The translations under genes and the position numbers were made by a program. From Eledone cirrhosa (lineage: Eukaryota), in contig OZ024743.1 in the NCBI GenBank assembly GCA_964016885.1, positions 172,360,001-172,424,000 of the forward strand: a stretch of 64,000 nucleotides of DNA. Direction: 5' to 3'. Below are positions 24,342 through 37,571 of this stretch, in pieces; the stretch's first letter is position 1; each line of letters opens with the position of its first letter. The notes under the pieces were generated by a model. It had not been told where the DNA came from and did not search any database. It was given only the letters and a program-made list of their open reading frames with translations.

Positions 24342-27300
24342 CTTGAATCTCAGTCATTGATGTTAGTTAACTGGAAAGTCCGTTGGAATGAATATCAAGC
24401 CACTACCTGCAGCCTCAGATATTCAGGACGTATCGGAGGCTTTTTGCTGTTCCCAGCAAGCATGCCTTTTGAAGCGTTCCAAAAAGCGTGAAGGGGCCGA
24501 TTTTCTTTAACCATCCCTGGAAACTTTTGGAGATAGTCCCCAGTGCGCCTATGACAATCGGGATCACTTTGACTTCATGGCAGTTCCAAATCCTTTTTAC
24601 CTCCCACTTTAAGTCTTGGTATCGGTTAATTTTCTCCCTCTCCTTCTCTTGCACTCTCGTGTCGAATGGGCAGGCCACATCCACAATCAGACACGCTCTT
24701 TTTTCTTTGTCTACAACCACCAGGTCAGGTCTATTGTGTTCCAGTTTCTTGTCCGTCTGTATCCTAAAATCCCACAGCACCTTCACCTGATCGTTCTCCA
24801 TCACCGCCTCTGGCTTATGCTCATACCATTTCTCAGAATGTGGTAAATTGTTTACTTTGCACAGTTACCATTGGATCACCCTGCCCATCACATCATGTCT
24901 CCAGCCCTTATAGTGGGTCTGGGCTAGGTGTTTACACTCGGATACAATGTGAGCCACAGTCTCCTCTCTCTCTCCACAGATCCTGCACATTGGGCTAGCC
25001 TCCTCCTTGTAAATATGGTGTTTCAACCACTTCGTTTTGAGGGCCTGCTCCTGCGCAGCCATTAACATTCCTTCTGTAGCCTTTTTGAGGTCTCCTCTTC
25101 TCAACTAGTTCCATGTCTGTGGATCTCTAAATTCAGTTTTCTCAAAGAAGGTACTATGAAGGGATTTTTCCTGAAGGCTGCGCTTTCTCCTTGATGTTAT
25201 TTCCTCCTTGGACTTCCCATGGCCTACTGTCCCCTCCTTCAGTACAGTTCTGAGCATTGGCTCCTTACTATCAGTCACGTATTTGTATAGGTCGTTTTTC
25301 TCTATCTGAACACAGTCCTCTATGCTGATAAGACCTCTTCCACCCTCAGATCTCCTTAGGTAGAGTCTATCGACATCACTCCTCTTGTGGAACATGTTGT
25401 AGATAGTCAATAGCTTCCTAGTCTTCCTATCCATTTCTTTTTGTTCAGCAACATTCCATCTCAGAATTCCCGCACCTAATAATAGACACAGCTCGGGAAT
25501 TTACTGCGCTTATGGCATTTCTGCTGTTCAGGTGTGACTTCAATACGCTCCTTACTCTCCGAATGTATTCAGTTCTTAACAATTCCTTCATTTTTTTATT
25601 CTTTATGCCATCAGCCTCCAGAACGCCCAAATACTTGTATCCTTCCTCAGAGTCAATTTCCTTTATCATCTCACCTATTGGTATCTGGATTCCGTTACTT
25701 CTGCTCAACCTACCCCTCCTCATCACAATGACTCCACACTTACTAATACCAAACTGCATACATATATCACTGCTGAAAATGCGGACAGTGTCAACAAGCA
25801 CATCCAACTCCTTCTCACTCTTCTCGAAGAGCTTAAGATCGTCCATGAAGAGGAGGTGATTGATGGTAAGCTCTCCCTTTCCCAACCCGTATCCTGCTCT
25901 CACTTTTCGCAGTACACTGGTCAGGGCATCAGGGTAAGGACAAACAACAGAGGGGACAGGCTATCTCCCTGGAAGATACCTCTCTTGATCTTCACGCTTC
26001 CCAAGGATACTCCAGTTGATGTCAACTCTGTCTCCCAGGACCCCATACTCCTGCCCAGCAACTGTCTGATGTTATCTGCCACCTTGAAGATCTCCAGGCT
26101 TTTGGTGATCGAAGAGTGAGGCACCATGTCAAATGCCTTTCTGTAGTCTATCCATCCCATGGCAAGATCAGTGTGTCTCCTCCTGCAATTCCCCATTACC
26201 ATCTTATCAATAAGTAACTGGTTCTTTGTACCACGTGACTTCTTTCGGCATCCTTTCTGTTCGTCCGGTAACAAGTTGTTTGTGTGGAGGTGGTGGTAGA
26301 TTTCCTCAGACACAATGCTCGTCAACAGTTTCCACATTACGGACAGACATGTGATAGGTCTATAGTTGGTAACATCATTACCCTTGATTCGGTCTTTCAT
26401 TATCAGAACTGTGGTACCTTTTGTCAACCACTCTGGCACCTCACCCGACACCAAGCAGTCATTGAACATGGCCGTCAGTTTCGGGTGGAGGGATGTTAAA
26501 TTTTTAATCCAATACCCCTGCACACCATCTGGGCCTGGTGATTTCCAGTTGGTTAGATTTTTTGCCTGCCCCTTAAAAGTTTCAACTGTGATACTCAAAT
26601 CAGTTTGTTGGTGTGCCTGCTCACCGATCTCCCTCTGTACTGTCTCAATCCACCCTGCCTGGTCATTATGTCTAACATCCTGTTCCCATATTCCTCTCCA
26701 GAATGTTTTAGTTTGTTCCGCCTCAGGGATCAAGTCGTTGCCTCTTTCTTTCCCCTCAAGCTGTCCAAACATCATCTTCTGGCTGTTGTCGAACATGCGG
26801 TTCTGTTTATACTGACTGACTCTGTTCTCGTATCGCCTGATTTTTGCACTCTTTGCTACAATGCGTTGCTTCAGTTCCTCTATGATAATATTTAGCTTTT
26901 TTCCTCCTAGTTTTGTACTTTATTTCCAGTCTATTTTTAGTGCCTATGTTTTTTAGTGTCCCATTCTGTTGTGACTCAAGCTTTCCTATGTCATTTCTCA
27001 TTTCCTTGATTTGACCACTTAGTCGTTTCTTCCACCAAGGCTCTGCTCTTTCTTGTCTGTTGTTTCCTCTCGCTTTTATACCAAGTAGTTTCCTCACCGT
27101 ATTTGCTGTTGCTTTGAGGATATTTTTGCACTGGTGAAGGCTCCTCGCCTCAAGGTATGGGATGACTTTGTTTACCTTAGCTGTTGTTTCTTTTAACTTT
27201 TTCCTGTCTACAAATCTCAGGTTCATAGGTCTCCCACTATCATTGTTCAATTCATCTACCACTAAATTTAGAATGTCAACCGAATCTTGTCCCAGCCCGT

Positions 27301-27460
27301 CAGCATTCATCTCTTCAGTGGCCGTATCTCTGTTCCAGGTATTATTTATCTCAGTGTTCAGATCATTGTCTGCTTCGGGTGGTTCCTCCGTTCTCTCGAC
27401 CTCTACACCTTCATTTCCCACTGGCTCGTTTGTCTGGCATACTACACCCTCCATCTCCAA
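24339..27460 (-). mobile_element. 5'-truncated, frameshifted Dong family A copy
   Basis: Collinear with 11011-14129; several stops and indels. Confidence 0.92.
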
Positions 27461-27465
27461 CTATT

Positions 27466-29013
27466 CTGGAAGATACCTCTCTTGATCCTCACGCTTCCCA
27501 AGGATTCTCCGCCCGATGTTAACTCTGTTTTCCAGGGCTTCATACTTTTGTTCAACAACTGTCTGATGTTATCTGCCACTCTGAAGATCTCTAGGCTTTT
27601 GGTTATCCAAGAATGAGGTACCATGTCGAATGCCTTTTTGTAGTCTATGCATCCTATGGCAAGACCAGTGTCTCCTCCTGCAATTCCTCATTACCATCTT
27701 ATCAATAAGTAACTGGTCCTTTGTACCACGGGACTTCTTTCGGCATTATTTCTGTTTTTCCGTTAACAAGTTGTTTATGTGGAGGTGATGGTAGATTTCC
27801 TCAGACACAATGCTTGTTAACAGTTTCCACATTACGCACAGACATGTGATAGGTCTATAGTTGTTAACATCATTACCCTTGGTTCGGTCTTTCATTACCA
27901 GAACTGTGGTACCTTTTGTCAACCACTCTGGTACCTCACCTGACATCAAGCAGTCATTGAACATGGTTGTCAGTTTCGTGTGGAGGGATGTTATATTATT
28001 AATCCAATACCCATGCACACCATCTGGGCCTGGTGATTTCCAGTTGGTTAGTTTTCTGGCCTGCCCCTTAAGAGTTTCAACTGTTCCTGTTCACTAATCT
28101 CCTTTTGTACTGTCTCAATCCACACTGCCTGGTCATTATGTTTAACATCCTGCTCCCATATTCCTCTCCAGAATGTCTTAGTTTGTTCCGCCTCAGGGAT
28201 CAAGTCGTTGCCTCTTTCTTTCCATTCAAGCTGTCCAAACAACATCTGGTTGTTGTCAAACATGCGGTTCTGTCTATAATGACTGACTCTGCTCTCGTAT
28301 CGCTTAATCATTGCGCTCTTTGCTACGATGCGTTGCTTCAGTTCCTCTATGATAATATTTGGCTTTTTCCTCCTAGTTTTGTACTTTATTTCCAGTCTAT
28401 TTTTAGTGTCAATGTTTTGTAGTGTCCCATTCAGTAGTGACTCAAGCTTTCCAATGTCATTTCTCATTTCCTTGATTTGACCATTCAGTCGTTTCTTCCA
28501 CCAAGGTTCTGATCTTTCTTGTTTGTTGTTTCCTCTCGCTTTTATGCCAAGTAATTTCCTCACCGCATTTGCTGTTGCTTTGAGGATATTGTTGCACTGG
28601 TGAAGGTTCCTCGCCTCAAGGTATGGGATGACTTTGTTTACCTTTGCTGTTGTTTCTTTTAACTTTTTCCTGTCTACAAATCTTAGGTTCATAGGTTTCC
28701 CACTATCATTGTTCATTTCATCTACCACTAAGTTTAGGATATCAACCAAATCTGGCCTAGCCAGTCAGCATTCATTTCCTCAATTGCCGTATCTTTGTTC
28801 CAGGTATCATTTATTTCAGCATTCAGATCAGTGACTGCTCGGATGCTTCCTCCGTTCTCTCAACCTCTTCACATTCATCTCCCACTGGCTCGTTTGCTTG
28901 ACATACTCCACTCTCCATTTCCAATCTAATCTCTCTGCTGAGTTCCTCCAGTTCCAGCTCGCTTATCCACCCATTAGTTCTTATTAGCCGAGCGTGGCCG
29001 GCCAATTTTTGTT
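27466..29013 (-). mobile_element. Internal fragment of Dong subfamily A2 (N-terminal half of the ORF to the IFQ motif)
   Basis: Shares diagnostic residues with the 41563 copy (KDRTKGNDVNNYRP, WKTELTSGGESLG, TLQNIDTK). Confidence 0.88.
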
Positions 29014-29035
29014 ATTATTATTATTATTATTATAA

Positions 29036-29216
29036 GGGCGGTGAATTGGCAGTATCGGTGGAGGGTCTGACGCCATGCTTTCCATAGTTACGTCCCTTCA
29101 CGATCTGAGTTCAAATCCAGCCAAGGTTAACTTTGCCTTTCATCCTTACGGGGTCGATAAAATAAAGTGCCAGTAATGTACTGGGTAATTGCTGGCCTTG
29201 TGCCTAAAATAGAAAC
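29036..29216 (+). mobile_element. tRNA-derived SINE (same family as 4465)
   Basis: Same head, B box, core and tail; TTA on both sides. Confidence 0.9.
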
Positions 29217-29217
29217 A

Positions 29218-29269
<52 letters not shown>

Positions 29270-29270
<1 letters not shown>

Positions 29271-32200
29271 AGTTACATTTATCTTGCTTTATGTTCATAC
29301 GAGTTATCACCAAGTCACAACCAGTGACCTCAAGAGACAACAAGGTCCCCCATGTTCAAGAAAGAACATACATACTCACACATGCATCTTTAGTGTTTAG
29401 ACTTGTGATGTACTTATATTGACAGAATCTTCCTTAGTATATGGGCAGTTCCCATTAGTACTATCTTTTGTATTTCTCCTATACACGGGTTTCCTGGAAT
29501 TTGCGATAAGTAATCATTAGACCCCTTAGGTATCATTCCCAGAGCGCCTACAACCACTGGTATTGTTTTAGTTCTCAATTTTCACATTTTTCCAATTTCT
29601 ATCTCCAGGTCCTTATACTTGCTCAATTTTTCAAATGTTTTTATAGATACATTCTTGTCTATTGGAACAGACATATCAATTAGCAGGCATACCCTCTTTT
29701 GAAAGTCTTTCAATATTATATCAGGTCTGTTTGCATCTATTTTTCGGTCTGTTTGGATGCTAAAGTTCCACAAGATTGAGATGTGATCTTTTTCAAGTGT
29801 GGGAGGTGGTTGATGCTCCCACCAATTCTTTTGATGGGGCAGGTCAAAATGCTTACACATTATCCAATGTATGTATTGTGCAGCTCTGTCATGCCTGTTT
29901 AGGTATTCGGTTGGAGCTATAGGACTGCACATTGAAATTATATGGTCAATGGTCTCTGGTTGTTTTTTGCATACACGGCATAATGGGCTGCATCCATTTT
30001 TTATTATGTTGGCTTGGTAATTTTTTGTTGGCAGACACTGATCTTGTGCTGATATAATCAGTCCTTCAGTCTCCGATTTCAGTCCAGAGGATGCCAACCA
30101 CTGACAGGTTAAGGTTTTGTCAACATCAGGATTGTTAGCTCGTTCTGGGTATTTTCCATACAGAGGCTTTTCTTGCCATTTCTTAGCCAGTTTCTGTAGC
30201 AGTTCTTTCTTTGCAGTTACTTTTACCTGCTTTGCTTTTTCTGTGTTTTCCATTTCAGCAGTAAATGGGACTTCTGAAATTTGTAGTCCATTACTGTATC
30301 TTTGTGCATCTTTTGTAATGGAATATGATCTTCTGATGCTTTCGTGTTTCAAAACGAGTTTGATCATCCAATCATGTGATTCCCTTAGATATGTAGATAA
30401 TCCAATTGTTGCAGTTTTCAACGCAATGTCTAACTGGATTAACCCACGTCCTCCTTCTTTCCTAGGGAGATATATTCTATCTGTATCTGCCTTAGGGAGA
30501 TGCATTCTGTGCATGGTTAAGAATTTTCGAATGTTTGTATTGAGCCTACGGATCTCTGTGCTTGACCAGTTGATGACATTGTAACTGTAGGTTACTACTG
30601 GTATGGCAAGCGTGTTTATGGCATCGATCCTATTCCTTGCATTCAATTCCGTTCTTAAGATTGCTCTTACTCTGCGGTAACATTCCTTCCTTATCCTTTC
30701 CCTCATTGTCGAGTGCTTGATTCCGTCTCCTTCACAAACACCTAGATATTTGTAAGTTTTTTCTTGATCAAGTTCTCTTATCACATTCCCCCGATCAAGA
30801 TTAATGTCTGAACTCTTCAGCAGCTTTCCTCTGGTGAACGATGGTTTTGGCGCATTTATCTAGTCCAAATTCCATTTTAATGTCATCACTGAACTGCTCC
30901 ACAGTGGATAATAGCCCTTGCAATTGTTCATCATTTTTTGCAAATAGTTTCAGGTCATCCATGTAGAACAAGTGATTAATGGTTTTGTCATAGACTTTAT
31001 ATCCATGTTTTGTTTCATTGAGCATTTTACTTAATGGTATAAGTGCGATGCAGAATAAAAGCGGTGATAAAGAGTCACCCTGAAAAATTCCACAATTAAT
31101 ATTAACTTCTCCAGCTTCCAGTGATTTTGTTTCACTATGCAAAAGGAGTGTCGTTTTCCATGTCTTCATACTGAATGACAAAAACCTCCTGACAACGGGG
31201 GATATTTTGAAAATCTCTAAACATTTTTCAATCCAACTGTGTGGCAAACTATCGAATGCTTTTTTATCCAAGCAATTGATAGATTTTTGTGTCTATTATG
31301 ACAATCTTCCAGTATCATTTTGTTAACCAAAAGCTGATCCTTACAGCCATATGAGACTCGTTTACACCCTTTCTGTTCAATGGGAAATAGGTCATTTGTT
31401 ATCAGGTGGTCATATGTGTATTCAGTTAGGACTGATGTTAAAATGTTATACATTGTGGTCAAGCAAGTTATCGGTCTGTAATTTTTGGGATTGTTTGTCT
31501 CATCATTCTTCGGAAGCAGGAATGTAATGCCGTTAACTAGCCATGATGGTATCTTTTCTGGCTCCTTAACTATTTCATTGTAAATTTGGGCTCACAGCTC
31601 ATGAGACTCTGTGAAGGCATTTATCCAAAAAATTTGTATTTTGTCTTTTCCTGGGGATTTCCATTTGCTGGTTTTTCTTAGAGCCAAGCGCAACTGTTCA
31701 ACTGTTATATTTTCCCATGTTTGTTCCTCAAGGTGAGCTGTATCTTTCATTTGTCTGTCTATCCATGGGGCATGTATGTTATGAACTTTTTCTTCGGCCC
31801 AGATCTTTTCCCAGAATTCTTGCACTTCCTACTTGGGTGATATTGATTTAGCAGTTATTGTAGACTTACCAATTTTCCTGTAGAAGTTTCTTTGGTTGTT
31901 TTTGAACATATTATTGTCCCTATAGAATCTAGATCGTTTTTCAAAGCGCCTTATACGAGCAGCTTTGGCCGACACTTTTTGCTTGATTATTTCTATCAGC
32001 ATGTCTATGTCACATGTTGATTTTATACTGTACTTTTTTTTCAATTTTCTAAGTTTAGTTTGTTTAACATGTTCACCTACTTTATAGTTTGTTAAAATTT
32101 CTATGTCAGATCGGAGAAGGTTTATTTGGCGATTGGTGTTCTCTTGCCAAGTAGATTTCTTGTGGGAATTCCTTTGTTTTTTCATCTTCACTCCACATAA

Positions 32201-33238
32201 GTGAGTGGTGACTTTAGCCTATGCATAATAGAGATGATTTAAGTCAGTAATGTTTAGTTTGTTTGTGATGATAATGTTTTTGAGAATTATGTTAGTCTTG
32301 TGTATTATCTTTTGGTTCTGTTTGGAGTTCTGGATCTTAGGGAGGGTGTCTCGTTTCCCCATGTCAGATTCTTTCATTTCCAGCAATCACCCAGTGCATT
32401 ACAATAATATAATATACTTTTTGTTGTAGTTGGCTGTTATTGTTGTTGGCTATGTCGGTGGTGGTGCCGGGGCTTTTTATATTGTTGGTGAGGAAGGGGT
32501 GAGCCAGCAGTCCCATAGTTGTTGATATTGTCGTTTGGCCTTGGCCAGGTCACTAAGTCAATCTATTTATATCTTTTGCTAGCCTCTCCCTTGTCTAGTG
32601 ATACCGCCACCTTCCCCTTTCTCTCTCAAGTTAACAGGGGAATAGTGGTGGTAGCATTGAAGGAGTGGTGGCGGCGGGGAGATGTGGGAGACAGTAGCGG
32701 CGGTATCGATACTGAGACAGTGGTGGTGGTGATGTCGATACCGAGGCAGTGGTGGTGGTGACGTGATCGTATTACTGTAGTGATGGTGTTGTAGCGGTGG
32801 TAGCAATGAAGGAGTGGTGGCGGCGGTGATGGGATAGTGGTGGTAATGATGGCAGTAGTGAGTGGTAGTGGTGAAATTGCCGTTATCTGGCTGTTGTGTT
32901 TAGTGTACACACAGAGGTGATGGGGTAGGTGTTGTATCTAGTTTCTGGTTTTGTTTGGCTGTTCTATATAGCGTGGACAGAGGAGGGGTTTGGTTCTTCT
33001 TCCATTTATAGCCATTTTCTTTTTTGAATATACAATGTACAATACAAAGTTGAATATTTGAATATTTGAGCCTTATAACAATATATTTTGGGTCCGAATT
33101 TTTTGGGGCCCAAGACGGATGCTTTACGTAGCATTTGTACTAAGAGTTGTTATTTCACAAATGATTTAAATATGTTAAAAATTCAAAACTTACGGGAGCG
33201 ATTGCATGACCTTCCGTCACCTCGTGCGTCTTCTTCCC
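29270..33238 (-). mobile_element. Dong family B copy with an internal deletion near 32380 and the 5' leader
   Basis: Collinear with the other B copies; the region equivalent to ~9150-10040 is missing; leader at 32403-33238. Confidence 0.92.
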
Positions 33239-33274
33239 TTATTATTATTATTATTATTATTATTATTGTTGTTA

Positions 33275-36200
33275 TTCCTTGAATAACAACAATACGATCT
33301 TTTTTCTTTGTCCACAACCACCAGGTCAGGTCTATTGTGTTCCAGTTTTTTGTCCGTCTGTATCCTAAAATCCCACAGCACCTTCAACTGATTGTTCTCC
33401 ATCACCGCCTCTGGCCTATGCTCATACCATTTCTCAGTGTGTGGTAAATTGTTTACTTTGCACAGGTGCCAGTGGATCACCCTGCCCATCACATCGTGTC
33501 TCCAGCCCTTATAGTGGGTCTGGGCTAGGTGTTTACACTCGGACACAATGTGAGCCACAGTCTCCTCTCTCTCTCCACAGATCCTGCATGGTGGGCTAGC
33601 CTCCTCCTTGTAAATATGGTGCTTCAACCACTTCGTTTTGAGGGCCTGCTCCTGCGCAACCATTAGCATTCCTTCTGTAGCCTTTTTGAGGTCTCCTCTT
33701 CTCAACCAGTTCCATGTCTGTGGATCTCTAAATTCAGTTTTCTCAAAGAAGGTACTATGAAGGGATTTTCCCTTAAGGCTGCTCTTCCTCCTTGATGTTA
33801 TTTCCTCCTTGGACATCCCCTGGCCTACTGTACCCTCCTTCAGTACAGTTCTGAGCATTGGCTCCTTACTATAGGTCACGTATTTGTATAGGTTGTTTTT
33901 CTCCATCTGAACACAGTCCTCTATGCTGATAAGACCTCTTCCACCCTCAGATCTCCTTAGGTAGAGTCTATCGACATCACTCCTCTTGTGGAACATGTTG
34001 TAGATAGTCAATAGCTTCCTAGTCTTCCTATCCATTTCTTTTTGTTCAGCAACATTCCATCTCAGAATTCCCGCACTGTACCTAATAATAGACACAGCTC
34101 GGGAATTTACTGCGCTTATGGCATTTCTGCTGTTCAGATGTGACTTCAATACGCTCCTTACTCTCCGAATGTATTCAGTTCTTAACAATTCCTTCATTTT
34201 TTTATTCTTTATGCCATCAGCCTCCAGAACGCCCAAATACTTGTATCCTTCCTCAGAGTCAATTTCCTTTATCATCTCACCTGTTGGTATCTGGATCCCG
34301 TTACTTCTGCTCAACCTACCCCTCTTCATCACAATGACTCCACATTTACTAATACCAAACTGCATACATATATCACTGCTGAAAATACGGACAGTGCCAA
34401 CAAGCACATCCAACTCGTTCTCACTTTTCCCGAAGAGCTTAAGATCGTCCATGAAGAGGAGGTGATTGATGGTAAGCTCTCCCTTTCCCAACTTGTATCC
34501 TGCTCTCACTTTTCGCAGCATAATGGTCAAGGGCATCAGGGCAAGGACAAACAACAGAGGGGACAGGCTATCTCCCTGGAAGATACCTCTCTTGATCTTC
34601 ACGCTTCCCAAGGATACTCCAGTTGATGTCAACTCTGTCTCCCAGGACCCCATACTCCTGCCCAGCAACTGTCTGATGTTATCTGCCACCCTGAAGATCT
34701 CCAGGCTTTTGGTGATCCAAGAATGAGGCACCATGTCAAATGCCTTTCTGTAGTCTATCCATCCCATGGCAAGATCAGTGTGTCTCCTCCTGCAATTCCC
34801 CATTACCATCTTATCAATAAGTAACTGGTCCTTTGTACCACGTGACTTCTTTCGGCATCCTTTCTGTTCGTCCGGTAACAAGTTGTTTGTGTGGAGGTGG
34901 TGGTAGATTTCCTCAGACACAATGCTCGTCAACAGTTTCCACATTACGGACAGACATGTGATAGGTCTATAGTTGGTAACATCATTACCCTTGATTCGGT
35001 CTTTCATTATCAGAACTGTGGTACCTTTTGTCAACCACTCTGGCACCTCACCCGACACCAAGCAGTCATTGAACATGGCCGTCAGCTTCGGGTGGAGGGA
35101 TGTTAAATTTTTAATCCAATACCCCTGCACACCATCTGGGCCTGGTGATTTCCAGTTGGTTAGTTTTTTGGCCTGCCCCTTAAGAGTTTCAACTGTGATA
35201 CTCAAATCAGTTTGTTGGTGTGCCTGCTCACCGATCTCCCTCTGTACTGTCTCAATCCACCCTGCCTGGACATTATGTCTAACATCCTGCTCCCATATTC
35301 CTCTCCAGAATTTTTTAGTTTGCTCCGCCCCAGGGATCAAGTCGTTGCCTCTTTCTTTCCCCTCAAGCTGTCCAAACAGCATCTTCTGGTTGTTGTCGAA
35401 CATGCGGTTCTGTTTATACTGACTGTCTCTGTTCTCGTATCGCCTGATTTTTGCACTCTTTGCTACAATGTGTTGCTTCCGTTCCTCTATGATAATATTT
35501 AGATTTTTCCTCCTAGTTTTGTACTTTATTTCCAGTCTATTTTTAGTGCCTATGTTTTTTAGTGTCCCATTCAGTAGTGACTCAAGCTTTCCTATGTCAT
35601 TTCTCATTTCCCCGATTTGACCACTCAGTCGTTTCTTCCACCACGGCTCTGCTCTTTCTTGTCTGTTGTTTCCTCTCGCTTTTATACCAAGTAGTTTCCT
35701 CACCGTATTTGCTGTTGCTTTGAGGATATTGTTGCACTGGTGAAGGCTCCTCGCCTCAAGGTATGGGATGACTTTGTTTACCTTAGCTGTTGTTTCTTTT
35801 AACTTTTTCCTGTCTACAAATCTTAGGTTCATAGGTCTCCCACTATCGTTGTTCAATTCATCTACCACTAAATTTAGGATGTCAACCGAATCTTGTCCTA
35901 GCCTGTCAGCATTCATCTCCTCAGTGGCCGTATCTCTGTTCCAGGTATTATTTATCTCAGTATTCAGATCATTGTCTGCTTCGGGTGGTTCCTCCGTTCT
36001 CAGGACCTCTTCACCTTCATTTCCCACTGGCTCGCTTGTCTGGCATACTACACCCGCCATCTCCAAGCCATTCTCTCTGCTCAGTTCCTCCAGTTCCAGC
36101 TCGCTTATCCACCCATTAGTTCTTATTACCCGAGCCTGCCCGGCCAATTTTTGTTCATCTAATTTAAATAGACCAATCTCGTTCCAGATGTTATGCATCC

Positions 36201-37453
36201 GTCTCCTGTAGCCCCTCTCCTTGGGGTTACTTTTCAGGTAACATTGCATAACAGTTCTATTCAATTCTTTAGTCCAGTTGGTTCTGGCCCCTTTCCTTCT
36301 TCTTCTTCCTCCAACATCAGCAGTATTTGGTTGACAGTCAGGTTCCTGCTGCTGAGCCAGGGGGCACCTGTTGGGTGAGAGTCTGTCACATGACGTTCTA
36401 GTCTCCATTTCACCGTTATTCGAACTGTTTATGTTCGATATTTAAACACTCTTATCGAGGATTGGCGAATGTATGGTTACATAGCCATCTGTGGATTCGC
36501 CGTTCCACTTGGCCCTTGTGTGGCATTATCACCACGCTGTATACGAACACACATAAACAAACAAACACACAGGCAGAAAGGGCCCCAAAAATGAATAAGC
36601 ATAAGTTTCATTGTAATGTAGTGTTCGAATGTCTGACTTAGTTTTTGTTTTTTTAGCTTTAGTTTTTCCCCCCTCTTCTCTGTCCGTCCGCCTGCTTCTC
36701 TCTTCATTCTTATTTTCTTTACGTTTATTGTTTTTGTTTTTCTCTGTTTGTTTTTCTCGTTTTTTGCTGTTGTTGCTGTGCTGCTTTGGTTTTGTTGTTT
36801 GTTTTTTCTTTTTTCTTTTGAGTCTATTTTTGATGCCTTCCTCTTTTTTAGTAGTAGGAATTATATAATGTGGTGGCAGCAACCAGCTAGAAGAAGTGGA
36901 AGACAGTAGCGGCGGTAGCGATACTGAGACAGTGGTGGTGGTGATGTCGATACCGAGGCAGTGGTGGTGGCGATGTGATCGTATTACTGTGGTGATGGTG
37001 TTGTAGCGGTGGTAGCAGTGAAGGGGTGAAGGAGTGGTGATGGGATAGTGGTGGTAATGATGGCAGTAGTGAGCGGTGGTGGTGAAATTGCCGTTATCTG
37101 GCTGTTGTGTTTAGTGTACACAGGTGATGAGGTGGGTGGTGTATCTAGTTTCTGGTGTTGGTGAGTTTGGCTGTTCTATATAGTGTAGACAGAGGAGAGG
37201 AGGGGGGGGGTCTTCTTCCATTTATAGCCATTTTCTTTTTTGGATATACAGTGTACAATACAAAGTTGAATATTTGAATATTTGAGCCTTATAACAATAT
37301 ATTTTGGGTCCGAATTTTGGGGGGCTCAAGCCGGGTGCTTTACGTAGCATTTGTACTAAGAGTTGTTATTCCACAAATGATTTAAATATGTTAAAAATTC
37401 AAAACTTCCGGGAGCGATTTCATGACCTCCGCCACCTCGTGCGTCTTCTTCCC
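33275..37453 (-). mobile_element. Dong family A copy with intact RT (FMDD) but a deleted RLE C-terminus and 3' UTR; ORF 33217..36408
   Basis: ORF is open from METRTS to RPDLVVVDKEKRS, then reads into the TAA tract; full 5' leader present. Confidence 0.93.
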
Positions 37454-37571
<118 letters not shown>

